From: Perkinsus olseni
Lineage: Eukaryota
Direction of reading: 5' to 3'
Assembly (NCBI GenBank): GCA_013115125.1
Contig: JABANN010000389.1
Span: forward strand, 1 to 33,240
Length of the DNA stretch: 33,240 nt
In this document: piece by piece, positions 19,728 through 30,600 of the stretch
How positions within the stretch are numbered: the stretch's first letter is position 1
Layout of the letters: every line of letters begins with the position of its first letter
Notes under the pieces: model-generated
Told to the model about the DNA's origin: nothing
What the model saw: the letters and a program-made list of their open reading frames with translations, nothing else
Database searches by the model: none
Made by a program: the position numbers and the translations under genes

Positions 19728-20782
19728 TTTCTGGTTCACGGGCCGTTATCCCCTTCACCGTTATGCGTTCAATTCTGTGCAATTGAGGCACTCACCATGT
19801 GTGGAATACCGTGGTTGTGGCCCGTCACTTGTTGTGGATTGGGTGACGTTAGCTTCAACGATTCACAAGGGAGGCGTACTGATTTGTATAGTCCGTGATG
19901 GAAATACTTTGTTTCGAGCGCAGCGGAGCGGTGTGAGCTGCCTCGGGATTTGAGAGAGTTCCTGTCTCGAGTTTCCAAGTCGGTTCGTGTCTCATTGCCT
20001 CCCTTAGAATCTGGTCCCAGTCGGCTTGGCGGCACTCCAGCCTGCCGCTCGCAATCCGTTCGACCAACTAGAGAGACGTCAAGCTCGGTCGCATGTTGAA
20101 TGCTTGCTAGTGAAGTCGGGAATGTTCAACCTCGCTGCAGCCTGCGAGTGTGATGGACCCCAGATGGTAGCGTCGTCTATTCTCACGCTGATGTATTGAT
20201 CGCTTATCATGCATAACTGAGGGCGTGCGCAATTTACAAGCGCACTCGAGAATCGTCTCGCAGGGTCCGATCTGTGACAATGTCATGGTGAAACGGCCGA
20301 GCATGTGTTGTCTTGACTGGGGCTGTTGCTCTCTGAATTGATGGGTATGGCTAGTTCAGGCTTGTGTAAAAGGGGCAGCTACGGACCCCCGCGTGGTGGA
20401 TGGTACGACGCGTAATCGTATTATACGATTCGTAGGCCCCCGCTTAATGAGCTCATTCAGCGATGAGCTCGGAAATCTCAAGTTAAGATAAGTCAGCCTC
20501 TGGAACCCAGAGAACTGAATAAATCCCTAATCTGGATTCATAGAGCAACTTTGTATGCACTGTACACTTTCTACTGTGTTCTAGTGTGTAGACCACACAA
20601 TGTACTATATGATAATTTAAGGCCCATTCCTAGGTTCACCACTCATCCGATGATCTTCATCGAGGAGAATCTCCACGATGAAGGTCATCGGAACCATGTC
20701 TCTACTGGAGATCATTTCTACCAATATTCGGTGAATATTCAAACTCCGGACGTTTCTGGCAGGACCGATTGGCATTTTATCC

Positions 20783-21745
20783 ATGTGTCGAAACGTCTAC
20801 CTGGAAGGCATTGCCTTCTATACCATCCTCACCATTCTGGGTCTCCTCCAGATTTGCCTGGCCGGTGCATCAGTCGGCAGTAATTCTGCTGTCAAGCACG
20901 GAAAAGCCCGCAGGCTGAGAATCATACCGTCTGCACGTGATGTCCCTCCTGGCGTGTACAGCTGGGGCGTGATACCACCCGAGCTGGCCGGGAAAATCGA
21001 ATCGGCCGGAATGGTTGTCAGCTACGGGTTGTACTCTGCTATTGCCCACTTCTACATCCTCGACACATCCCACAACGACGAGAATTTCATCACCAGTTTT
21101 TTCGAGTTAAGGCCTGCGGCCTACGTGAGCGGTAAATCCAATTATGGTCTTGCCAAGTGCTACTACTTCTCACGCCCGATAGCGAAGCTAATTCGCCAGA
21201 CCTTTTCAATCCAAGAGGGTAAAATAGGTGAGCACACCCTTCTGTGCACGAAGGATAGAAACACCGAGGGTGATCCAGAGCTGACAATCTACTTGGATGC
21301 GGTTCAAAGGGGTGATAGCGCTTACGATCGATTCAACATGCCAGTCGATCTTGTCTTCGAAGGAGCTGTGAATGCCGCGGGAGCTCTGCCCTTATTGAAG
21401 GGAGCCCAGGTGAAAGACGAAAGTGCGAAGCCGACCGATTTCGTTCGTAGACCTCTCAGAGATGGTCAATATGTGAGTTTTGTGGCCGTATTGAATTTGA
21501 AAACCGAACCCGACGGATGCCAGCATGCCATGCTTACAACACAAGATGACAGTGGATACTTCACGACGATCGAAGATGCGGTGGTGGTTCGTGGTAAGTA
21601 TTACTCTAAAGGCTGGCACGAACTGCTGGGCACGAGCTTCTTTATCCGCCCGGCTCCGGGTGACCGACTTACTGTAAAGGCGTTCGATCGCGAGATTGAG
21701 CTGATCTACGTCGATCAGGATGCCATCCAATCACAGCTGGGTTGA
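20783..21745 (+). CDS. PSSDDVP family member C, secreted hypothetical protein
   Basis: 320-aa ORF with hydrophobic N-terminus. PSARDVPPGVYSWG, KCYYF, LLCTK and NMPVDLVF are shared with A and B. Confidence 0.85.
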   Translation: MCRNVYLEGIAFYTILTILGLLQICLAGASVGSNSAVKHGKARRLRIIPSARDVPPGVYSWGVIPPELAGKIESAGMVVSYGLYSAIAHFYILDTSHNDENFITSFFELRPAAYVSGKSNYGLAKCYYFSRPIAKLIRQTFSIQEGKIGEHTLLCTKDRNTEGDPELTIYLDAVQRGDSAYDRFNMPVDLVFEGAVNAAGALPLLKGAQVKDESAKPTDFVRRPLRDGQYVSFVAVLNLKTEPDGCQHAMLTTQDDSGYFTTIEDAVVVRGKYYSKGWHELLGTSFFIRPAPGDRLTVKAFDREIELIYVDQDAIQSQLG

Positions 21746-21790
21746 TAGATGATAGATGATAGATGATAGATGATGATGATGATGATGATG
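21744..21790 (+). repeat. Compound microsatellite (GATAGAT)n(GAT)n
   Basis: Directly follows the stop codon of gene C. Confidence 0.9.
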
Positions 21791-22709
21791 GCCAGAATGA
21801 CTCCGCTGGTGATGATCCTGCATCATCCATGTATCAGTTCCTCCTCCTTGTGCACTTATTATCACTGAATCTTTAACAAGTGTTCGACTTTTGTGTAATT
21901 GCTTTTTGGCCAGCCCCCTGATCTGGTCTCGCTTGGTCATCTTCAATACATGATGTTTGACCGTGCTTTTATTTATGGGGTAACTCAGCTTGAGTTATCA
22001 GTCCACGATTACTCCACGCGGGACGACTAAGGGGCCGCTCTCGTGCAATCTACTGAAACGAAGAACGAATGCTCCTAATATTGTGAAGTTCATAGTGACT
22101 CGTCTACTCCCGACAATATCAACATCCATATAACACCGTGTCGAATGCCTCTTCGAAGACTTGCCAATATTGATGGTCTCCAATGTGATGGTAGCGCATG
22201 GGGGCCAGTGTCCTCCCCTGAACCGGTATGCGGGTCTCCCGACCTAGGAGTGAACGAGAGAAAGAAATCGTTTGGACGAATCTGGTCTTGATTCTTTCCC
22301 ATACTTTTTGAAAATTCTTTCCAGTATCACTCATCACGATCAAGTAGGTGATTCGCGAATCAGGCTCAAAACCCTTGGATCGAATCAAACGTTGATGTCA
22401 TGCCTGGGAACCAGACCGAGTGCTCACGTTTCAGTGAAGAGCATCGTCGGATCAGGTCCCGAATCTGATACCTAGGATTTCGCATAGTTGAGCGGAGCGA
22501 TGCGAGCGAGTTATCTCCTTCCACTCGCTCAGTGCGTTAAGGCAAGACTCAAGGGCCCAGATCAATGGTGTTCTCGGATCATCACGCAGGTCCGCGGATC
22601 AGGATCCGCAGGCCTGACGAGTCGATTTGTCAGTGGTAGAAACGGTGATGAAGATTGTAGTGTGACGTCGATGACTTTTGACTTTTGATCGATTGGACGT
22701 TGGCCGAGT

Positions 22710-23793
22710 AACTCGAAGGACTACCGAAACGCAACTCCTTTCAACGTGCGAGGTGAAAGCCACGGCCTACGAAGAATGAGCTGATGCATTCAACCGCCGA
22801 GCCCATCATTGAAACCTCTCGATAACGAATGTGGGAGGACAGTTTTTGGGCCGCCAAGAAGTGATGTCATCTCTGTTCGGAACGGACTGTTCCTATGCCA
22901 GAAGATCAACCTTGTGTTGATGATAGAAATAAAAGCGAAGTAGAATGAAGTTCTTACTTCGAGAACCTCGGTTGAAAATAAAACCTCACGAGAAGCTTCC
23001 ACAATCAGCCATACAAAAAACCTTTAACAACATCTACGGAGGCATTGTAAGACTCAAGCGTGCCTTGGGCAGAAGTATAGTTACCAACCGCTCGGTAGCC
23101 GAGGTGAAAACGCCAACCTCCAATGACTCTACTGAAGCTCACTTTCTGCACCACTGAGAGGCCCATAGTGCTGACGGCGTCACCCTCTTGAGCGGCATAT
23201 AGATTCATACCATCGCTGTTAACAGCACCCGCGATGGAGTAACGTCCGGTGAAGGCTCTCCCACGTGGAGTCGAAGCGAAGAAGTTAGTTCCAATGAAGA
23301 CTCTGATGTAACCGTCGTCGCTCGGGCTGAAGGTTCGAAAGCCGGGCTCGGAGAACCATCTAAACGTGACGCCGTCGACCTCATTCTCCAAATGAACCGC
23401 ATCAGTGGTCTCCACGCTGATGTTTGGCGTATCAAAAGAGCCGGGGTTGCCACGAACGTTCATCTGTAGTCTCATTTTCGCTATTTGTCCGGGGGCGTTG
23501 CTTACGAGCTCTACCCCGACACTCTCTCGATAAGTACCATCCGCGTCGTAACCCCTCATAGTGTAAGCGCAGGAACCTTCCGGTAGCACCATAGAGGTGT
23601 AGTCAACGCCGTCTACTGTAACGGGGCCACCACGGCAACCTCTAGGATAATCAGCGGTGTCATCCACAGATATCACCGTCACCACTTGGGTGATGAAGGC
23701 GAACAAGAAGCTGCGACGGAGCCAGTGAGAACGAAGGTTACCAGAGCGGAGCTTGGTAGCTGAAGCCATTACGAGCTATGAGAAATGAGCTGA
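22710..23793. repeat. Segmental duplication copy 1 (about 1.08 kb)
   Basis: Aligns with 25131-26220 from 'aactcgaaggactaccgaaacgcaa' to 'aatgagctga'. Confidence 0.95.
23005..23769 (-). CDS. Secreted or membrane hypothetical protein D1
   Basis: 254-aa ATG ORF with hydrophobic segment SFLFAFITQVVTVISV; paralogue of 25426-26196. Confidence 0.85.
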   Translation of the reverse strand: MASATKLRSGNLRSHWLRRSFLFAFITQVVTVISVDDTADYPRGCRGGPVTVDGVDYTSMVLPEGSCAYTMRGYDADGTYRESVGVELVSNAPGQIAKMRLQMNVRGNPGSFDTPNISVETTDAVHLENEVDGVTFRWFSEPGFRTFSPSDDGYIRVFIGTNFFASTPRGRAFTGRYSIAGAVNSDGMNLYAAQEGDAVSTMGLSVVQKVSFSRVIGGWRFHLGYRAVGNYTSAQGTLESYNASVDVVKGFLYG

Positions 23794-24719
23794 TCAATGC
23801 AGCCGAGCTTTCCTGACGAGTTCACCGAGCAGAGGAAGCAAGCCCTGAGAAATCAACTTCAGGCTTTTGACAGGCGGGAAGTGGAAAACATAAGCGGCAC
23901 GGCCAAGGGGCCTCATGGACTACGCTGCACCCGCTACAGGCACTGCTCTCCCCGAGGTTGTGCACAGGAGTACTTTGTAATTCTTATTCCAATGGTTCGG
24001 TGGTGATCCCGCAGCCGTAGAACGCATTCACTTAGCGCAGCCAGCTATGTTCTTGCGTACCGATTGACTCCACCGGGCAGAATGGTCGTTGAAATCTCCT
24101 AGTTGCGTGTGTTAACCCGAGGGGATTCCTTCTTGAGGCCACACTGTACAGTAACGAGTACAGAGCAGGGAAGTTCAGGTTCGTAACAAGCGTTAGTGGA
24201 ACAACTGTGTCCGATTCTTCGACTAGCGTAGTTAGCTACGGCGACGTACAGGTAGAGACAGCGCGTGCCCCGAGGAGCCGAAGAACTGCTTCTCGCTTCA
24301 CGCCACCAAGTTCATGGACGCTCCGCTTCCTTCGGCACATGTTCTCTAATGGTGACTCTTTCGGCTCGCACATTATTGAGACCAATACCAAATCGGTTAG
24401 CAACTCCTACAGCTCCTCTAGCTTCACTCCTCCGCCTCCCTGTCCCGTGGTGACGTGAGTCATTCCGGGCTGCTAGCCATATTCGCATTCGGTGGTGGAT
24501 ATTTGCATCGATGTTGCTGAGGTAGACCCAGGAGGGTCGTTGTAGCCGAAGGGAGCTTGTGGGAAGGGAACTATGAAATATACCTGACTGTTACGCTGCG
24601 CCTACGTTTGTGCGTGCAGCATTTCAAGATCCTTCTCACGAACTCCCTTTAGCCTAGTGTTCCACGCATGAATGAGAAGACTAACAAGGGGGTTACTGAC
24701 GGAGAAACCGTATCGGGAA

Positions 24720-24790
24720 GGGACAAAATTTGTGTGCTAGCGACGTCGGCTAGAGTCTACCCATTGTCGCTAGCCCACAAATGTTGTCCC
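24720..24790. repeat. 71-nt inverted repeat (25-bp arms, 2 mismatches, 21-nt loop)
   Basis: gggacaaaatttgtgtgctagcgac and gtcgctagcccacaaatgttgtccc. Confidence 0.85.
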
Positions 24791-25130
24791 CTCTGCTAGC
24801 CACCAGAACATTAGCAAAGGTGGGTTCAGATTCTCGTAACACTGATCATCGTCGAGCTGTAACGTCGTAGTTTCGTAATGCATCTTTCTCGACCAATCCA
24901 TGGAACGCCGTAGGCGGTCCTTATAATCGCGTGACCCGAAGCCAACTTTCGCCCGTCAGTTAGTCTCGCTGTTTCATATTATATTCATGAGTTCGGAAAT
25001 AACCGCGCCCTCGATTGCCCATTCAACGTGTCAACCGAAGCCCGTATTCACTCGGCAGTCCATGACTATCAGTCATGACGCAATCGCTGAGGAGCCACAA
25101 GGATTCTCCCACAGGATGATGAGACGCAGC

Positions 25131-26220
25131 AACTCGAAGGACTACCGAAACGCAATTCCTTTCAACGTGTGAGGTGAAAGCCGCGGCCTACGAAGAATGA
25201 GCTGATGCATTCAACCGTTGAGCCCATCATTGAAACCTCTCGATAACTAATGTGGGAGGACAGTTTTTGGGCCGCCAAGAAGTGATATCATCTCCGTTCG
25301 GAACGGACTGTTCCTCTGCCAGAAGATCAACCTTGTGTTGATGGTAGAAATAAAAGCGAAGTAGAATGAAGCTCCCAATCTGAGAGCCTCGACTGTGATT
25401 AAGACCTCACAATGAGCTGGCAGAATTAGTCATACAAAATGCCTTTAACAACATCTACGGAGGCATTATAAGACTCAAGCGTGCCTTGGGCAGAAGTATA
25501 GTTACCAACCGCTCGGTAGCCGAGGTGAAAACGCCAACCTCCAATGACTCTACTGAAGCTCACTTTCTGCCAGACAGAGAAAGGTAGAGGGCCGGCGCCA
25601 ATGTCCTCTCGACTACCGTACAGATTCATTCCATTGCTATTAGCGACTCCTGCGACAGAGTAAGAGCGGCTGGTGAAAGTTATGCCATCATCAGGAATAA
25701 GCGCACTGATAGAGAAACGCCTTTCGTCCCTGACATATCCATCCTGATCGGATCTGTAGTTAAGATCGTCCGAGAAAGTGGACCAAATGAACTCTACTCC
25801 GTCATTCTCGGTCACCAAGGCCACCTGCCCACTAGTCTCCACGCTGATAGTTGGTGTATCAAATCGTTCGGAATCGCCCAGAATCTTGAGCTCTAACTTC
25901 AGGGTTCCTCTTTCTTCGGGCGCGTTACTCTCGAGTAAGACCCCGACGCTCTCTCGATAAGTACCATCCGCGTCGTGACCCTTCATAGTGTAAGCGCAGG
26001 AACCTTCCGGTATCACCATAGAGGTGTAGTCAACGCCGACTACTGTAACGGGGCCACCACGGCAACCTCTAGGATAATCAGCGGTGTCATCCACAGATAT
26101 CACCGTCACCACTTGGGTGATGAAGGCGAACAAGAAGCTGCGACGGAGCCAGTTAGAGCGAAGGTTACTAGAGCGGAGCTTGGTAGCTGAAGTCATTACG
26201 AGCTACGAAAAATGAGCTGA
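25131..26220. repeat. Segmental duplication copy 2
   Basis: Direct repeat of 22710-23793. Confidence 0.95.
25426..26196 (-). CDS. Secreted or membrane hypothetical protein D2
   Basis: 256-aa ATG ORF; N- and C-termini are near-identical to D1. Confidence 0.85.
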   Translation of the reverse strand: MTSATKLRSSNLRSNWLRRSFLFAFITQVVTVISVDDTADYPRGCRGGPVTVVGVDYTSMVIPEGSCAYTMKGHDADGTYRESVGVLLESNAPEERGTLKLELKILGDSERFDTPTISVETSGQVALVTENDGVEFIWSTFSDDLNYRSDQDGYVRDERRFSISALIPDDGITFTSRSYSVAGVANSNGMNLYGSREDIGAGPLPFSVWQKVSFSRVIGGWRFHLGYRAVGNYTSAQGTLESYNASVDVVKGILYD

Positions 26221-27126
26221 ACGATGTGAGCGAGCACTGACTGGCGCCCATGTCGCCTAACAGGATCCGTGGAGCGGAGGAAAAGGTGTCGAGGAGAAAC
26301 AGAGAACCCTTAGCCGGTGATGGCGAGGTCGAGAGTTTCGGCTCGAAGCTCTTCTAGAACGAAGATCAATCAGTAACCGACAGCGATGATATGATGCCAG
26401 GTCGTCGGCCCTGAAAGGCGCTTATCCCAGCAAGCAAGGAAACGTTCAAGGAGAGATGAGCATCTCACTACTGCGGTGGCGATGCTGTATATCAGATATA
26501 TTCGGAGTTCGCAAGAGGAGCATAGCAGAATCGCTACTCGGAGTCCACTCGTTCGCGTTTGACTTCGTCTCTGAAAAACGCGTGCATTTAGCTTAGTCGC
26601 TAGTAGCCTGGTTCGCTATGGGCAAGCGTGCAGACGGGCTTTAGTGGGTGGAGAACTCGCTGTAAGCTTCCTAGATCGCAGATGGTGGGACTGTCTGGGC
26701 TAAAGCTCCGGGTGTATCCCAACTGGAGCAGTGCCAATTCGGACAGTGGTTAACCCGTACAGCATAGATTCCAACGCTGCCAACTGAGTCGGTGGCAGGT
26801 CGGACAAAAACGGCTGGAAGGCCTGGCCCAATTCGAGCATGACCACTTGAGACGGTGGCACTTGGCTCGCCACTACAACTCGCACAGTGCCAACTGAGAC
26901 AGTAGCTTTGCACTCTCGTTTCAAGGTACCTTGCATGTGACCCGATGAGCTAGCAGGAGTGGCGACAGCCCTCCTGCCCTGCGACACTCTACTGCATGAC
27001 CTACGACAAACCTCTCCGAACACTGGCCCAGTGTCACTGGGCCTGCTCGTCTGTGCCACTGCATTCCATTCAATCAACCGAAGACGCAAAGATTGGTGGT
27101 GACAGGCGTATAGCCTACAGAGCATA

Positions 27127-27185
27127 GGTTTGGGTGACTGCTGTGTGACTGGTGGGCCACCAGTCACACAACAGTCACCCAAACC
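27127..27185. repeat. 59-nt near-perfect palindrome with 1-nt centre
   Basis: ggtttgggtgactg-c-tgtgtgactggtgg-G-ccaccagtcacaca-a-cagtcacccaaacc; one mismatch in 29-bp arms. Confidence 0.95.
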
Positions 27186-27610
27186 GGCCGCTGCCCCCGT
27201 CCCCTCAGCACACAAGCTGACTGTTCCCATATCTTAGCCTAGTTAACCCCATGTGACGACGAACTGCTAAAGTAGTCCTTTCAGACTGGTGACACTGGAA
27301 GGTCGGAGCTAGACGCTACTAGAGTCACAATAGGTTCACAATAGGATTGGTTCAGCCTTTTGATAGGCTCGGTTCACCAAGCCAAAGAACGTTTCTCTCA
27401 GAGAGCAAATCTTGTTGGTCACATCGAGGTCATTCGCCTTTCTCAAAGAGTATTGTTGAACGGAAAGATACTTCCTCCTCGATGTTTGATTGGGAGATGT
27501 TATTGACTGAGTCGACTGTAAGGACTACTATGAACAAGACAATCACTTCAAGGGACACAACCTTATCACAATGATCATCATCATCATCATGGACAACACT
27601 AATGGTACCA

Positions 27611-30600
27611 CTACTTCTCCGTAAGAGCACGATACCCCTCCCAGTCCTTGGGTGCTACACAATCATATGATCTCATAAACTTCAGGAGAACCGCACTTGG
27701 ACCATCTTCATACCCCAACATGTCTTTTGTCTCGGTCAATGTCGAAGCGGCAGCCTCCCACTCACCAGCCTCATAATTCCGATACGCCGTACCAAATTTT
27801 CCGAGGAACGTCGGCGTGAAAATTTTCCGTGCAAGTATGAGGTCTTCATCGTGCTCCCAGGCATCAGCTACGACATATTCTTCGCTCCACTTCTTCTGTT
27901 TTTTCGCTTCCCTCATTCGCCTCAATCTGGACTTATTAATTGTTCTATTGTGGACGCCATGCGGAGGTGTTACGGCCCCAGCTATTCTATTACTCTGTCG
28001 ACGTCCACTGTGTCTCCTCTTCTTTCTTCTCATTCCAGTAACACTGCCATTCGAGCTCGCAAATGAGCCGTGCTTTCGGACAACAGTGCCATTATTGCTA
28101 TCCAGGACTTGAGCTTGCGCGCTGTTCGTCCTGGAAAGCACTCCTCTAAGATGACTATCCATCGTCTCTGAATCAGCTACGGGTAAGGAGAGATAGTCAA
28201 CGTCAATCGTGTACAATCTGACCGGTACCTTGGACCCCTTCACAGTCACATTGTCGATCACTCTACAGTACTTCTGCATGTGACTTGAGCACATATTTTT
28301 TATCAAAACCTCAGAACATAATATATTGGTCTTATACTGTTTAGTCGCAGCAGCCAACCTACTGGCCATATTCACGTTCGGCGACAAATAGCTAGCATCA
28401 ATCTTGAACTCGGACCCGATCGCCCCTTCGATCGCCCAACCAGCGTGCACACCGAAGCCCATCGTCACTCGGTAGTCATCACCCAACCGCTCCAGTAAAC
28501 CGGGATGATGTCTGTATTCCGCGAGGACTGGCGATTTATTAATCGCCACCAATATCTTCACGAAAGACATGACTGACATGTCCGCCAATTTTTGCCGCTT
28601 CGTTTCAACTTTTTTGTTTTCCTGGGACTCGGCGAAGGGCAATCTCCATACCATCAAAAACGCTTCGCCCAGATTTCTGTTAGCAACTCCGTGATACTCG
28701 TCAGCAATGCCATGAACAATCTCGCCGATCTGACGAACGGAAGGGTTTATGATACTAATTCTGTTATTGCGCAAGTATTTTTGGTATTAAACCGTTAAAT
28801 TTAATTCTACGTTATCACCCACATTGATTTGCGTTACACTTTCATGTTTTCTTACCTGGTTGACGAATAACATAATTTTGTCCTGCAAGATTTCCGTAGC
28901 GACATTAAATTGCCGTATATCGCAAAAGCCAATAATGGCTTCCACTCTCGATCCCGAAACCATCGGGTCCACAGCGGCACTATCTCCACCTGAGGAAAAA
29001 CAATGTGCCTTCACGACAGCGTCTTGATAATCTCAACTGCCACGATTTTCTCATCAGGACGCTGAGCTGCCGAAAGGTCAGCAGGGTATCGCACGTATCA
29101 GAAGAATTTCAGCATGGCTTCGTTATCTCCTCGCGCCACACTACGTCACATGACTCGGCAATGATTGGGCGGCGCCGTGAAACACAGTAAGCGTTTCACC
29201 GCGCCCTAATCCGACTGAAGCTTTCCTTTTACATCGAACTGTGCATCGTAAAATCGCCACGTCTCTCAACACAAAGGACGCCGACTAGCGTCATAGTCAT
29301 CACGGTTGAGGCCCCCTAGTATTACCTCGGATATTGTGGCCTATAACTTCAGTACCAGCTTCACCGAACCCTACAGCCAACAGACCGCCAATCTTGATGA
29401 TCGTCTTCTCCAATATAACAGTTTCTAGCGGCTCTCCCCTGCGCAAGCAGTCCGTGGAAAATACTACCATCAACAGCATAATATCATCACTACCTCGCTC
29501 CACCTTTACTCGACGCTTCCGTTATCTTCCTTTTAACTCTCCATCGTGCAACTGGGTTGCTAGCCTTCGAAAACTCATTTTTCAATTTTTCTTTTTCGGC
29601 CATTTCCCGCTTATGCTCGTCATCACCCAGCTTCGTAGCATAGAGAGGATTCCTGACCACACGCCACATCCTATTATCATCGCGCTAGGTAGATAAGCAA
29701 CCTCTACAGTCTTATTTTGTCCATTTTATTAGCCATCCTTTCGATCGGACGTAATACCAAATCATTCGCATCTTTCGAAAAGAACAACGCTCCTCCACCT
29801 GAGAAAGTGAACCCCAGTGCGATCCGAGGGCAGCAAGCTACTACTACCTAATAAAACGCATATGAAAAGAGTTTGAATGATATTCAGTATCGCCGAGGCC
29901 TGCGTGTAAGATCTCTGGTCCATGATGATCTCAAAGTAGTAATGATAATGATCATCCTCCTGCGCGATGTAATTCGTCATGTGGCCGGCAATGTTGGCTT
30001 GGAACAGCGGCAAATATCGGACTCTTTCCGTGAACCGCAGATATTCTTCGGGACAGTATTTAGTAATATTATTTCCATCACCGCTTCTAAAATTGTCATC
30101 AAGTATTATACCATTTTCGTCAGCACAAACTGTGTCCCAAGGGGCAGCTAGCCTTGTGAGGGTTTCCACTGGTATTGTCCCGGTATCTGATCGTGCGGTC
30201 ATAGTAACGCCATCATAATTAAGACACACCCAATAACTCTGTAATGTTTGTATCGCGGGTCCAATCTCGCTCAGCTGAGAAGCTACGCTGAAGCTAAGTG
30301 GCGGATGATAAGAAAAAGACAGCAGATGAAGTATCGAATTCCAGGCGCAAAACCCGGGTGTTGTGTTCTCACCCAGCCAGTTTCTTCACAACCCTAGAAT
30401 TTGCAAAAACGAACGCGCCCTTCGGGCCTTCAAAAACTCTCACATCCAGCCCAGCGTTACTCACTCATAATGTAATCTCCCATAGCACCGCCCGGCTCTA
30501 TGATCCCCGTGGCATTCCCACGAGCGTTATTATCGCTGTTGCTCGTCCTCAGCAGGGTGGGTTGCGGATGACTAAAAAATCGAAAAAATGAAAGAAAAGA

